Source: Pristiophorus japonicus (lineage: Eukaryota). Taken from it: a DNA stretch of 64,000 nucleotides. The notes under the pieces are model-generated. The model was not told the DNA's origin and made no database searches. It saw only the letters and a program-made list of their open reading frames with translations. Of the stretch, positions 12,302 to 24,974 are shown piece after piece; the stretch's first letter is position 1, and each line of letters starts with the position of its first letter. The DNA lies in contig NC_091987.1 of NCBI RefSeq assembly GCF_044704955.1, positions 148,366,001 through 148,430,000 of the forward strand, read 5' to 3'. The position numbers and the translations under genes are program-made.

Positions 12302-12544
12302 TGTCATGTATTTCACCATCTTGCAATGACTATAAGTATGTAACTGTAACTCGTGCATACTGTACCTGTACCCTTGTAATGCACACCCTGACTACAGGGA
12401 GTGAGCTCCTCACCTGGGCTTCCAGGTATAAAAGGGCAGGATCAGCACTCTTTAGTCCTGGGAATAAAGTGAAGGTCACAGAGTGACCGTGTCTGATATA
12501 TCCATGCCTCGTGTGAGTTTGTAACAAGGTGCAGAGACTCAACA
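12302..12544 (+). mobile_element. Gypsy-type solo LTR with 5-bp TSD ATGTC
   Basis: TG...CA ends; ATGTC at 12297-12301 and 12545-12549; TATAAAA at 12427, AATAAA at 12463; similar in layout to the LTRs at 17873 and 33421. Confidence 0.9.
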
Positions 12545-13234
12545 ATGTCAAATTTACTGGTTTCACTGCAGGGGCTTGTTTTCACTGTTGCTTTTTACAT
12601 GTTAAATCCCCAGGATAAGGGAGTGGATTCCATGGGAGATTGACCCTGATCTCCATCTCACCCCTACTCCGTTTCTGATTTGATTGTCAGATGTGCTAAC
12701 TGGGACTGTAGCAGTCCCAGCAAGGGGGTGGAGGCGGCAGAGGGTGTGTCTGAGACACGAGACCTTCAATCCTGGCGGGAGGGGGTGGGGGGGTCCCCGA
12801 GACTGTCGTCGGGGGGAGGCGATCCCCGAGACCGTCCCAGCTCCGGGGTGGGGGGGGGGAGGGTTGGGGTGGGGGGGGAGGGTTGGGGCAGGTAGGGGGT
12901 GTCTCCAAGACACTGGGGTGGGGGGGATGCATCGACCCATTGGCTGAAAAGGGGGAGGATTTAATCGCTGGGAGATCAGGGATCCTATGATCAGAGGGTT
13001 TTTTATAGGGTGGGAGGGGGTTGTGCTTTACAAATGGGACTCTGTTCCTGCAATATTTATTTTTCCTGAAATCGTGTAATAAATGAGGTTTGTACTCCAC
13101 TTCCTGTCTCTGTCTAATTCATCTAATGGTGGGAACATTAGAGCTGGTTGAGGATGAAACGACCAGGTTTCTCGCTGATGAGGTACGAAATAAGTAGCCA
13201 ACACAAATTTCAGAAGGGAAGATCGTGCTTGCTC

Positions 13235-15410
13235 ATAATAACATAAGAAATAGGAGCAGGAGTCGGCCATTTGACCCCTCGAGCCTGCTCCACCATTCAA
13301 TAAGATCATGGCTGATCTGATCATGGACTCCGCTCCACTTCCCTGCCCACTCCCCATAACCCTTTACTATCTTATCGCTCAAATATCTGTTTACCTCTGC
13401 CTGGGGCAGAGAATTCCATTGATTTACAACCCTCAGAGAAGAAATTCCTCCTCATCTCAGTTTTAAATGGGCAGCCCCTTATTCTGAGACTTTCCTCTAT
13501 GAGTGGAAATATCCTCTCTGCGTCCACCTTGTCGAGCCCCCTCATTATCTATGTTTCAATTAGATCACCTCTCATTCTTATGAATTCCAATGAGTATAGG
13601 CCCAACCTACTCAACTTATCCTCATAAATCAAACCCCTCGTCTCCGGAATCAACCTTGTGAACCTTCTCTGAACAGCCTCCAATGCAAATATATCCCTCC
13701 TTAAATACGGAGACCAAAACTCTACGCATTACTCTCGGTGTGGCCTTACCAATACCCTGTACAGTTGTAGCAGGACTTCTCTGCTTTTATACTCTATCCC
13801 CCTTGCAATAAAGGCCAACATTCTATTGGCCTTCCTGATTACTTGCTGTACCTGCATAATAACCTTTTGTGTTTCATGCACAAGGACCCCCAGGTCCCTC
13901 AGTACTGCAGCACTTTGCAATTTTTCTCCATTTAAATTATAATTTGCTTTTCTATTTTTTCTGACAAAGTGGATAACATCACATTTTCCCACATTACATT
14001 CCATCTGCCAAATTTTTGCCCACTCACTTAGCCTGTCTATATCCCTTTGCAGATTTTCTGTGTCGTCCTCACAATTTTCTTTCCCTTTTATGATCTTTGT
14101 ATCATCAGCAAACTTGGCTACATTACATTCGGGCCCTTCATCCAAGTCATTAATATAGATTGTAAATAGTTGAGGACCCAGCACCGATCCCTGCGGCACC
14201 CCATTTGTCACTGTTTGCCAACCAGAAAATGACCCATTCATCCTGACTCTCTGTTTTATGTTAGTTAGCCAATCCTCTATCCATGCTAATATATTACCCT
14301 CAAGCCCATGAACTTTTATCTTGTGCAGTAACCTCCTTATGTGGTACATTATGAAATCCAAATACACCACATCCACTGGTTCCCAGCAAGCAAGGAAAAG
14401 AGTGGCTAAAGTAAATGTTGGTCCCCTACAGGATAAGAATGGGAAATTAATAATGGAGAACAGGGAAATGGCAGAGATGTTGAACAAATAGTTTGTATCG
14501 GTCTTCACGGTAGAAGACACTAAAAATTTCCCAATAGTGGATAATCAAAGGGCTACAGGGAGGGAGCAACATAATACTATTACTAATGAAGTAGTACTCG
14601 ATAAAATCATAACATCATCAAGGCACTCCAGCAAATTTGTCAAACATGATATCCCTTTCATAAAACCACGCTGACTGCTTGATTGAATTATGCTTTTCCA
14701 AATGTCCCGCTAAATGTCCTTAATAATGGACTCCAGCATTTTCCCAACGACAGATGTTTGGCTAACTGGTCTATAGTTTCTTGTTTTTTGTCTGCCTTTT
14801 TTAAATAGAGGCGTTACATTTGCCGTTTTTCAATCCACTGGGACCGCCGCAGAATCCAGGGAATTTTGGTCTATCACAACCAATGCATCCAATATCTCTG
14901 CAGCCACTTAAGACCCTAGGATGTAAGCCATCAGGTCCAGAGGACTTGTCTATCTTTAGTCCCATTATTTTACCGAGTACTATTTCATTAGTAATAGTAT
15001 TATGTTGCTCCCTCCCTGTAGCTCTTTGATTATCCACTATTGGGAAGTGTTTAGTGTCTTCTACCGTGAAGACCGATACAAAATATTTGTTCAACATCTC
15101 TGCCATTTCCCTGTTCTCCATTATTAATTTCTCATTCTTATCCTGTAGGGGACCAACATTTACTTTAGCCACTCTTTTCCTTTTTATGTACCTGTAGAAA
15201 CTCTTACTATCTGTTTTTATATTTCGTGCTAGTTTACTTCCATACTCTATCTTCCCTCTTTTTATCAATATTTCAGTCATTCTTTGCTGGCTTTTAAAAG
15301 TTTCCCAATCCTCTGGCCTCTCACTAGTCTTGGCCACATTGTATGCCCTTGTTTTCAATTTGAAAACCTCCCTTATTTCCTTAGTTAGCCACGGATGGTT
15401 ATCCCTTCTC
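13235..15410 (-). mobile_element. CR1 LINE (TTCTTATG tail subfamily), degraded ORF2, with an internal inverted duplication
   Basis: ORFs 13729-14520 ([14 protein letters not shown]) and 14801-15448; tail at the left end. Confidence 0.9.
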
Positions 15411-15419
15411 TTACAGTCA

Positions 15420-16340
15420 TGGAATTCTTTTGAGGAACTAACAGACATGGTGATGGGGAATTACGGTAGATGGAGTGCACATGGACTTTCGGAAAGGTGC
15501 TACATGGGAGACTATTAGAGAAGATTAAATGAGATCTTTGCATCTGTCTTCGCAAAAGGTGAGAATGCTGACAATTTCACAGTAAAGGAGGGCACTAGAT
15601 AAAATGGATGGGATAAAGAGGCAGTACTTAAAAGATTGGCAGCACTCAAAGTAAAAAAAGTCACCCGGTCCAATGGGATGCATTCTGGGTTACTGAAGGA
15701 AGTAAGAGAAATTGCAGAGGTTCTGACCACAATCTTTTAATCCTCCTTAGATATGGGTGTGGTGCCAGAGGACTGGAGGGTTTCAAATGTTGCACCCTTG
15801 TTCAAAAAGGGGAGCGTGATAAACCTGGTAACTACAGGCCAACTCAGCCTTACGTTGGTGGTGGGGAATCTTCGAGACTATAATCCAGGAGAAAATATAT
15901 TGTCACTTTGAAAAATATGGGTTAATAAATGACAACCAACACAGATTTGTTAAAGGCAAATTGTGTTTGACAAATTGATTAGGCTCTTTGAAGTAACTGA
16001 GAGGGTTGATGAGGGAAGTGTGGTTGATGTGTAGATGGACTTTCAAAAGGCCTTTGATAAAGTGTCACGTAATAAATTTGTTAGCAAAATTGAAGCCCAT
16101 GGGATTCATCATCATCATCATTATCACTGACAGGGTATTCAGGGTAATGATTGAAGGGGCAGTGGCTGTATGGATGCGAAATGGGACAGAAAGCAGAGAA
16201 TTGTGGTGAGCTGTTGTTTTTCAGACTGGAGCGACACATACAATGGTGTTCCCCAGGGGCTTTTATTGGGACCACTGCTCTTTTTGAGATATATTAATGA
16301 CCTGGACTTGGGTATACAGGGCATAAGTTCAAAGTTTTCA
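15420..16340 (+). mobile_element. old degraded CR1 ORF2 fragment
   Basis: Remnants [18 protein letters not shown] and GVPQGLLLGPLLFLRYINDLD. Confidence 0.75.
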
Positions 16341-16345
16341 GGGAA

Positions 16346-16520
16346 GGCGATGTCTATGTCGAAGTGCTAGAGTTCCCGAGCAACAATAGCAGTGCGGTGT
16401 TCCGGTCTGTTGCTGTTGGGGTTGTCCATGAGGGTCCTGACGTTCCAGGTCCCGAACTTCATCTTAGAGTGCGGAAGATTGCCTGTGCGTGAATTCTTTT
16501 AACATGCGGTGGCCGTTGCA
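16346..16520 (-). mobile_element. RTE-clade LINE fragment: end of 5'UTR and start of endonuclease
   Basis: Reverse strand reads MKFGTWNVRTLMDNPNSNRPEHRTAIVAREL*HFDIDIA. Confidence 0.85.
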
Positions 16521-17872
16521 TAGAAACATAGAAAATAGGTGCTGGAGTCGGCCATTCGGCCCTTCGAGTCTGCACCACCATTCAATATGATCATGGCTGA
16601 TGTCGAAATCTCGACTCCGAAAAGAATGACTCCGACACTTACGGCTCCGGTAGAGGTTTCCTTTTTAATTTACTTGCTCGCAAGGGGTAGGTTTCACTCA
16701 GTCAAGGGCTAAGTGAACACCTCCGAAATGGTTCAGTTTAACAAGATATTTATACAGTAAAACCAAAGTTCTGGCCTCTCCCTGTGTATTGCTCTGTCTC
16801 ACAGTCAGTGAATACAGATAAAGAGTTAATTACTATATCCTGGTTCTGACATGGTGTCCAGATATTTCCTTTTGTCAGGGTTATCAGAAAGCCAAACGGC
16901 CATTACTCCATGAGTCATAGGTAATGGGCTATCACCTGTCTTGTATTGTGTCAGTATTGTTTCAATTTCCTGGTCAGTTTATCTGTTTGCATCAAATGGA
17001 TGAGGTCTCGGAAAGAGATAATGGCTAGAAGATAAGGGTGGGGTGACATGGAACTCCTGTAGTGTAGACAATAGGAGAGCACCATGGGGGGTTACTTGTC
17101 TCAGCATGACTTGTCTCCTAGCTGTCTGATGGCCATAAGCCATCTCACAGCAGGTTTAGCTGTTTATGCAAGCTGACTGCTAAAATGCAGAAAGTTCTGG
17201 AAGGGCCAGGACTCCATTTTAATCAAAAGGCACACAAATACCGTATGGTATCAGCTTAGATAAAAATACTTTCCACACTGATCATGCAACTTCAGTACAC
17301 CATTCCTGCTTTCTCTCCATATCCCTTAATCTCTTTAGCCATAAGGGCCACCTCTCACTCCCTTTTGAATATATCTAACAAACTGGCCTCAACAACTTTG
17401 CGGTAGAGAATTCCACAGATTCACAATTCTCTGAGTGAAGAAGTTTCTCCTCATCTCAGTCCTAAATGGCTTACCACTTATCCTTAGACTGTGACCCCTA
17501 GTTCTGGACTTCCCCAACAACGGGAATATTCTTCCTGCATCTAACCTGTCCAATCCCGTCAGAATTTTATATGTTTCTATGAGATTCCCTCTCATTCTTC
17601 TAAATTCCAGTGAATATAAGCCTAGTCGATCCAGTCTTTCTTCATATGTCAGTCCTGCCATTCCGGGAATCAGTCTGGTGAACCTTCGCTGCACTCCCTC
17701 AATAGCAAGAATGTCCTTCCTCAGATTAGGAGACCAAAACTGAACACAATAGTCAAGATGTGGCCTCATCAAGGTCCTGTACAACTGCAGTAAGATTTCC
17801 CTGCTCCTATACTCAAATCCTCTCGCTATGAAGGCCAACATGCCATTTGCTGCCTTCACCACCTGATCTACC
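16519..17872 (-). mobile_element. CR1 3' half, interrupted by the solo LTR at 16601-17277
   Basis: Tail catagaaacatagaaa at 16519; ORF 17389-17862 ANGMLAFIARG...YCVQFWSP. Confidence 0.9.
16601..17277 (-). mobile_element. ERV-like solo LTR, 677 bp, 4-bp TSD CTGA
   Basis: Interrupts CR1 at ggctga^tcatg; CTGA at 16597-16600 and 17278-17281; minus strand TGTGGAAA...GTCGAGATTTCGACA with CTGTATAAA and AGTAAA/ATTAAA. Confidence 0.85.
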
Positions 17873-19998
17873 TGTCATGTGTGTAACCACAATGTAACAC
17901 CACTGTATACACTGAACCTAGATGCACATCTTGACCACAAGGGGTGAACTTGTGGGAGACACTCCTTACCTGATCACACTGGTATAAAAAGGGAGGTCCC
18001 ACGCAGGGTCATCGTCTTTGGAGTCCTGTGAATAAAGAGTTAAGGTCAGAGAGTGACCTTGTCCTCAGAACATGTCTCGTGTGGTTTCAAACTGTAGAGT
18101 AAGGACCTTACATTGGCGACGAGAAACGGGAATTCACGACCCACGAGAATGGCCACCGGTAGCACAGAGGAACGGTACTGTGTTGGGGAAGACTGGGACG
18201 ATTTTGTCGAGAGGCTTCAGCAAAGCTTCGTTACGAAAGAATGGCTGGGGGATGCAGCGGCCAACAAGCGAAGGGCTCATCTCCTGACCAGCTGCGGACC
18301 AAAGACTTACGTGCTCATGAAGGACTTACTAGCACCCGAAAAGCCGGCAGACAAAACCTTTGAAGAACTTGGCAAATTGATCGGGGAGCACCTCAAACCA
18401 TTGATTAGCATACACATGGCTCGACACAGATTCTACAGCCTCCGACGTTGCGAAGGACAGAGCATACCGGACTTCTTAGCGGACCTCCGGCGTTTGGCCA
18501 GCCTCTGTAAGTTCACAGACGCCTGCAGGGAGGAGATGCTAAGGGACTTCTTTATCGAGGGCTTCGGTCATGCGGGAATTTTCCACAAATTAATTGAGAC
18601 CAAAGATTTGACCTTGGAAGCGGCGGCGTTGATAGCTCAAACTTTCATGGCGGGGGACGAAGAGACAAAAATAATATACGCGCGCAATTCTGCCTCTAAC
18701 ACGGCGATGGATCAGGAAGTCAACATCATCAATGCGACTCAGAGCCCCAAGGCAGGCAGGGGCTGTCCGACACTCCCCAGACAGCAATAGACCTCAGAGT
18801 AGGACTTCAACAGAGACAATTGCAGGCTGAACGGACATTCACGCCATCACAGTGGACAATGCAGCCTGGGATGGGGCCATTGACACCCACTAATAGGGTA
18901 CTTAAGAGCAGTCAAAGGTACAGTCAGCGCGGAATGTCTGGCCATAGTTCCTTTGTCCCCAACAATGGAAACTTTTAACTCATGCTGGAGGTTTGGGGGA
19001 AAACACTCAGCTAGATCTTGCAGATTTCAACAGTTTGTCTGCAGGAACTGCAATCTCAGTGGCCACTTAGCTCGAATGTGCAGGAAATCTGCAACCAGAC
19101 TAATATATGAGGCGGATGGACCAGAAGAGGATTCTTTGAGGCAGGATGACTTTTGGGGAAAATCTATGGACGCCGAGGTTCAGCGGGTCCATGTGGTGAA
19201 TATTCACAGTTTATCCACCAATGATGATGAGGGTTTTATTAAACTGTATCCCAGTACGCATGGGCGTCCAGCAATTTGAGAAGCTGTGGCCACTTAAAGC
19301 TAGTAGACCCAAATTAGCACGTATTGAGACACAGTTACGGACTTACACTAAAGAATTCATTCCGATGCTAGGCAGTTCAATGTTGGCTGTCGCTCACACA
19401 GTTAGTGAATCGGCTGCCGCTCTGGATTGTCCCAGGCAATGGTCCCGCACTGTTGGGGAGGAGCTGGTTCGCCGAGATGAACTGGAAATGGGGGGATGTT
19501 CACGCAATGTCATCTGTGGAGCGAAGTTCGTGCTCACAAGTCCTACAACAATTCGATTCACTATTCCAACCTGGCGTCAGGACTTTCAAAGGCACTAAAG
19601 TAGTGATAGACATCACCCCGGACGCCAGGCCAATGCACCACAAAGCCAGAGCGGTGCCGTATGTGATGTGGGAAAAGATCGAGAGCGAATTGGACCGGCT
19701 GTTGAGAGAGGGCATCATCTCGCCTGTTGAATTCAGCGACTGGGCGAGCCCCATCGTTCCCATCCTAAAAGTGGATGGCTCTGTCAGGATCTGTGGCGAC
19801 TACAAGACCACCATCAATCGGGTGTCCCTACAAGATCAATACCCGCTCCTGAGAGCGGAAGACCTCTTCGCCACGCTGGCAGGTAGCAAGCTGTTCACCA
19901 AGTTGGACCTCACTTCAGCCTATATGACCCAGGAACTGGTCGACGAATCTAAACTACTGACCACCATCACCACGCACAAGGGACTGCTCGTTTATAAC
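17873..19998 (+). mobile_element. Gypsy (Mag/K02A2.6-like) LTR retrotransposon, 5' half: 5'LTR 17873-18112, PBS, gag, protease remnant, RT N-part
   Basis: TG...CA LTR; PBS TGGCGACGAG at 18114; gag with CCHC knuckles; WASPIVP, ICGDYK and KLDL motifs; breaks after HKGLLVYN. Confidence 0.92.
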
Positions 19999-20199
19999 CT
20001 GGCTCTTTACAATTATGAAGGTGTTCATTAGGGTACACATAGAGAAGATGGCCTAGAAATTGGATAAGGTTTGAAAATGGCCGAAGCCCATTCAAAGTGG
20101 AGCAGGCAAAGCCACGTGCACACTCCTCTTTCTCTCTGTTCAGACAGAAGACAATAAAGTCCCTTGTCCTGGAGTACAGAGCCTCTCTGACCTCCCAGA

Positions 20200-20815
20200 T
20201 GTGTGCTGGACAACCAGGGGTGCGGGTAGTGTGGTGTACTGCAGGAGCTCAAACTCCAGGTTTTGGAGCATGAACAGCAGCGAGCATCACTGCGGTGCAT
20301 CCATGAGGCTGAGAGCTATGTGGAAAGCACGTTTCAGGAGGTGGTCACTCCATAGCGTAAGGGTGTGCAGGCAGAGAGGGAATTGATGACTGCTGGACAG
20401 AGAAGGAGGACCAGGCAGGCAGTGCAGGAGTCCCGAGTGCATCTCGCTCTCCAACCAATATTCAACTGAATATTCCTCTGGGGAGTACAGCCAGAGCTGT
20501 GCATGGCACCATGGGTGGCTCAGCTGTATGGCGGGAGGAGGAAGACCGGAAAGCAATAGTGACAGGGGGTTCAATAGTTAGGGGCACAGACAGGCGTTCC
20601 TGCTGCCGCAGACGTGATTCCAGGATGGTATGTTGCCTCCCTGGTGCCAGGGTCAAGGATGTCACTGAGCGGCTGCAGAATATTCTGAGGGGGAAGGTGA
20701 AAAGCCAGAGACGTGGTCCATATCGGTATGAACAGCACAGGTAGAAAGAGGGATAAGGTCCTGCAGGCAGGTTTTAGTAAGCTCGGAAAGAGATTAAAAA
20801 GCAGTACCTCGAAGG
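20200..20815 (+). mobile_element. old CR1 ORF1 (SGNH esterase) fragment
   Basis: KAIVTGGSIVRGTDRR...SRMVCCLPGARVKDV, homologous to the ORF1 at 24027-24974. Confidence 0.8.
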
Positions 20816-21156
20816 TATTACATAGGATTACATAGGATATACAGCACAGAAGTAGGTCATTCTGCCCAATCAATCCATGGCGGCATTAATGCTCCACTCG
20901 AGCTACCTCCAGTCTTTCATCATCTAACTCTATCCGCATAATTCACTATGACCCTCTCCCTCATTTTTTTATCCAGCCTCCCTTTAAATGCATCTATATT
21001 ATTTGCCTCAACTACTCCATGTGGTAGCAAATTCCAAATTATCACCACTCCCTGGGTGAAGAAACATAGAAACATAGAAAATAGGTGCAGGAGCAGGCCA
21101 TTCAGCCCTTCTAGCCTGCACCGCCATTCAATGAGTTCATGGCTGAACATGAAACT

Positions 21157-23949
21157 TCAGTACCCCCTTCCTGCTTTCTCGCCATAACCCTTGATCCCCC
21201 GAGTAGTAAGGACTTCATCTAACTCCCTTTTGAATATATTTAGTGAATTGGCCTCAACTACTTTCTGTGGTAGAGAATTCCACAGGTTCACCACTCTCTG
21301 GGTGAAGAAGTTTCTCCTCATCTCGGTCCTAAATGGCTTACCCCTTATCCTCAGACTGTGACCCCTGGTTCTGGACTTCCCCAACATTGGGAACATTCTT
21401 CCTGCATCTAACCTGTCTAAACCCGTCAGAATTTTAAACGTTTCTATGAGGTCCCCTCTCATTCTTCTGAACTCCAGTGAATACAAGCCCAGTTGATCCA
21501 GTCTTTCTTGATAGCTCAGTCCCGCCATCCCGGGAATCAGTCTGGTGAATCTTCGCTGCACTCCCTCAATAGCAAGAATGTCCTTCCTCAAGTTAGGAGA
21601 CCAAAACTGTACACAATACTCCAGGTGTGGCCTCACCTTCAATGACTGATGTACCATGACACCCAGGTCTCGTTGCACCTTCCCTTTTCCTAATCTGTCA
21701 CCATTCAGATAATAGTCTGTCTCTCTGTTTTTACCACCAAAGTGGATAACCTCACATTTATCCACATTATACTTCATCTGCCACACATTTGCCCACTCAC
21801 CTAACCTATCCAAGTCACTCTGCAGCCTCATAGCATCCTCCTCGCAGCTCACACTGCCACCCAATTTAGTGTCATCCGCAAATTTGGAGATACTACATTT
21901 AATCCCCTCGTCTAAATCATTAATGTACAATGTAAACAGCTGGGGCCCCAGCACAGAACCTTGCGGTACCCCACTAGTCACTGCCTGCCATTCTGAAAAG
22001 TCCCCATTTACTCCTACTCATTGCTTCCTGTCTGACAACCAGTTCTCAATCCACGTCAGCACACTACCCTCAATCTCATGTGCTTTAACTTTGCACATTA
22101 ATCTCCTCTGTGGGACCTTGTCGAAAGCCTTCTGAAAGTCCAAATATACCACATCTACTGGTTCTCCTTTGTCCACTTTACTGGAAACATCCTCAAAAAA
22201 TTTCAGAAGATTTGACAAGCATGATCTCCCTTTCACAAATCCATGCTGACTTGGACCTATCATGTCACCATTTTCCAGATGCACTGCTATGACATCCTTA
22301 ATAATTGATTCCATCATTTTACCCACTACTGAGGTCAGGCTGACCGGTCTATAATTCCCTGTTTTCTCTCTCCCTCCTTTTTTAAAAAGTGGGGTTACAT
22401 TGGCTACCCTCCACTCAATAGGAACTGATCCAGAGTCAATGGAATGTTGGAAAATGACTGTCAATGCATCCGCTATTTCCAAGGCCACCTCCTTAAGTAC
22501 TCTGGGATGCAGTCCATCAGGCCCTGGGGATTTATCGGCCTTCAATCCCATCAATTTCCCCAACACAATTTCCCGACTAATAAAGATTTCCTTCAGTTCC
22601 CCCTCCTTACTAGACCCTCTGACCCCTTTTATATCCGGAAGGTTGTTTGTATCCTCCTTAGTGAATACCGAACCAAAGTACTTGTTCAATTGGTCTGCCA
22701 TTTCTTTGTTCCCCGTTATGACTTCCCCTGATTCTGACTGCAGGGGACTTACGTTTGTCTTTACTAACCTTTTTCTCTTTACATACCTATAGAAACTTTT
22801 GCAATCCACCTTAATGTTCCCTGCAAGCTTCTTCTCGTACTCCATTTTCCCTGCCCTAATCAAACCCTTTGTCCTCCTTTGCTGAGTTCTAAATTTCTCC
22901 CAGTCCCCAGGTTCGCTGCTATTTCTGGCCAATTTGTATGCCACTTCCTTGGCTTTAATACTATCCCTGATTTCCCGAGATAGCCACGGTTGAGCTACCT
23001 TCCCTTTTTTATTTTTACGCCAGACAGGAATGTACAATTGTTGTAATTCATCCATGCGGTCTCTAAATGTCTGCCATTGCCCATCCACAGTCAACCCTCT
23101 AAGTATCATTCGCCAATCTATCCTAGCCAATTCACGCCTCATACCTTCAAAGTTACCCTTCTTTAAGTTCTGGACCATGGTCTCTGAATTTACTGTTTCA
23201 TTCTCCATCCTAATGCAGAATTCCACCATATTATGGTCACTCTTCCCCAAGGGGCCTCGCACAATGAGATTGCTAATTAATCCTCTCTCATTACACAACA
23301 CCCAGTCTAAGATGGCCTCCCCCCTAGTTGGTTCCTCAACATATTGGTCTAGAAAACCATCCCTTATGCACTCCAGGAAATCCTCCTCCACCGTATTGCT
23401 TCCAGTTTGGCTAGCCCAATCTATGTGCATATTAAAGTCACCCATTATAACTGCTACACCTTTATTGCATGCACCCCTAATTTCCTGTTTGATGCCCTCC
23501 CCAACATCCCTATTACTGTTTGGAGGTCTGTACACAACTCCTACTAACGTTTTTTGCCCTTTGGTGTTCTGCAGCTCTACCCATATAGATTCCACATCAT
23601 CCAAGCTAATGTCTTTCCTAACTATTGCATTAATCTCTTCTTTAACCAACAATGCTACCCCATCTCCTTTTCCTTTTATTCTATCCTTCCTGAATGTTGA
23701 ATACCCCTGAATGTTGAGTTCCCAGCCCTGATCATCCTGGAGCCACGTCTCCGTAATCCCAATCACATCATATTTATTAACATCTATTTGCACAATTAAT
23801 TCATCCACCTTATTGCGGATACTCCTTGCATTAAGACACAAAGCCTTCAGGCTTGTTTTTTTAACACCCTTTGTCCTTTTAGAATTTTGCTGTACAGTGG
23901 CCCTTTTTGTTCTTTGCCTTGGGTTTCTCTGCCCTCCACTTTTCCTCAT
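21157..23949 (-). pseudogene. CR1 ORF2p (APE-RT) with one nonsense codon (22018-22020) and an in-frame 114-bp deletion near 21635
   Basis: 643-aa and 274-aa ORFs in the same frame; HQSLKV joined directly to RPHLEY. Confidence 0.9.
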
Positions 23950-24026
23950 CTCCTTTCTGTCTTTTGCTTTTGCCTCCTTTTTGTTTCCCTCTGTCTCCCT
24001 GCATTGGTTCCCATCCCCCTGCCATA

Positions 24027-24974
24027 TTAGTTTAAATCCTCCCCAACAGCACTAGCAAACACTCCCCCTAGGACATTGGTTCCGGTCCTGCCCAGGTGCA
24101 GACCGTCCGGTTTGTACTGGTCCCACCTCCCCCAGAACCGGTCCCAATGCCCCAGGAATTTGAATCCCTCCCTGCTGCACCACTGCTCAAGCCACGTATT
24201 CATCTGCGCTATCCTGCGATTCCTACTCTGACTATCACGTGGCACTGGTAGCAATCCCGAGATTACTACTTTTGAGGTCCTACTTTTTAATTTAGCTCCT
24301 AGCTCCTTAAATTCATTTCGTAGAACCTCATCCCTTTTTTTACCTATGTCGTTGGTACCAATGTGCACCACGACAACTGGCTGTTCTCCCTCCCATTTCA
24401 GAATGTCCTGCACCCGCTCCGAGACATCCTTGACCCTTGCACCAGGGAGGCAACATACCATCCTGGAGTCTCGGTCGCGGCCGCAGAAACGCCTATCTAT
24501 TCCCCTCACCATTGAATCCCCTATCACTATTACTGTCCCACTCTTTTTCTTGCCCTCCTGTGCAGCAGAGCCAGCCACGGTGCCATGAACTTGGCTGCTG
24601 CTGCCCTCCCCTGATGAGTCATCCCCCTCAACAGTACTCAAAACAGTGTATCTGTTTTGCAGGGGAATGACCACAGGGGACCCCTGCACTACCTTCCTTG
24701 CACTACTCTTCCTGCTGGTCTTCCATTCCCTATCTGGCTGTGGACCCTTCACCTGCGGTAAGACCAACTCACTACACGTGATACTCACGTCATTCTCAGC
24801 ATCGTGGATGCTCCAGAGTGAATCCACCCTCAGCTCCAATTCCGCAACACGGTCCGTCAGGAGCTGGAGGTGGATACACTTCCTGCACACGTAGTCATCA
24901 GGGACACCGGAAGTGTCCCTGAGTTCCCACATGGTACAGGAGGAGCATAACACCCGACCGAGCTCTCCTGCCAT
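24027..24974 (-). CDS. CR1 ORF1p: CxxC..CxxC zinc finger, leucine zipper, SGNH/GDSL esterase; open frame
   Basis: CSSC...CRKC, LTDRVAELELRV, VIGDSMVRG, HIGTND, DGLHL. Confidence 0.9.
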   Translation of the reverse strand: MAGELGRVLCSSCTMWELRDTSGVPDDYVCRKCIHLQLLTDRVAELELRVDSLWSIHDAENDVSITCSELVLPQVKGPQPDREWKTSRKSSARKVVQGSPVVIPLQNRYTVLSTVEGDDSSGEGSSSQVHGTVAGSAAQEGKKKSGTVIVIGDSMVRGIDRRFCGRDRDSRMVCCLPGARVKDVSERVQDILKWEGEQPVVVVHIGTNDIGKKRDEVLRNEFKELGAKLKSRTSKVVISGLLPVPRDSQSRNRRIAQMNTWLEQWCSREGFKFLGHWDRFWGRWDQYKPDGLHLGRTGTNVLGGVFASAVGEDLN

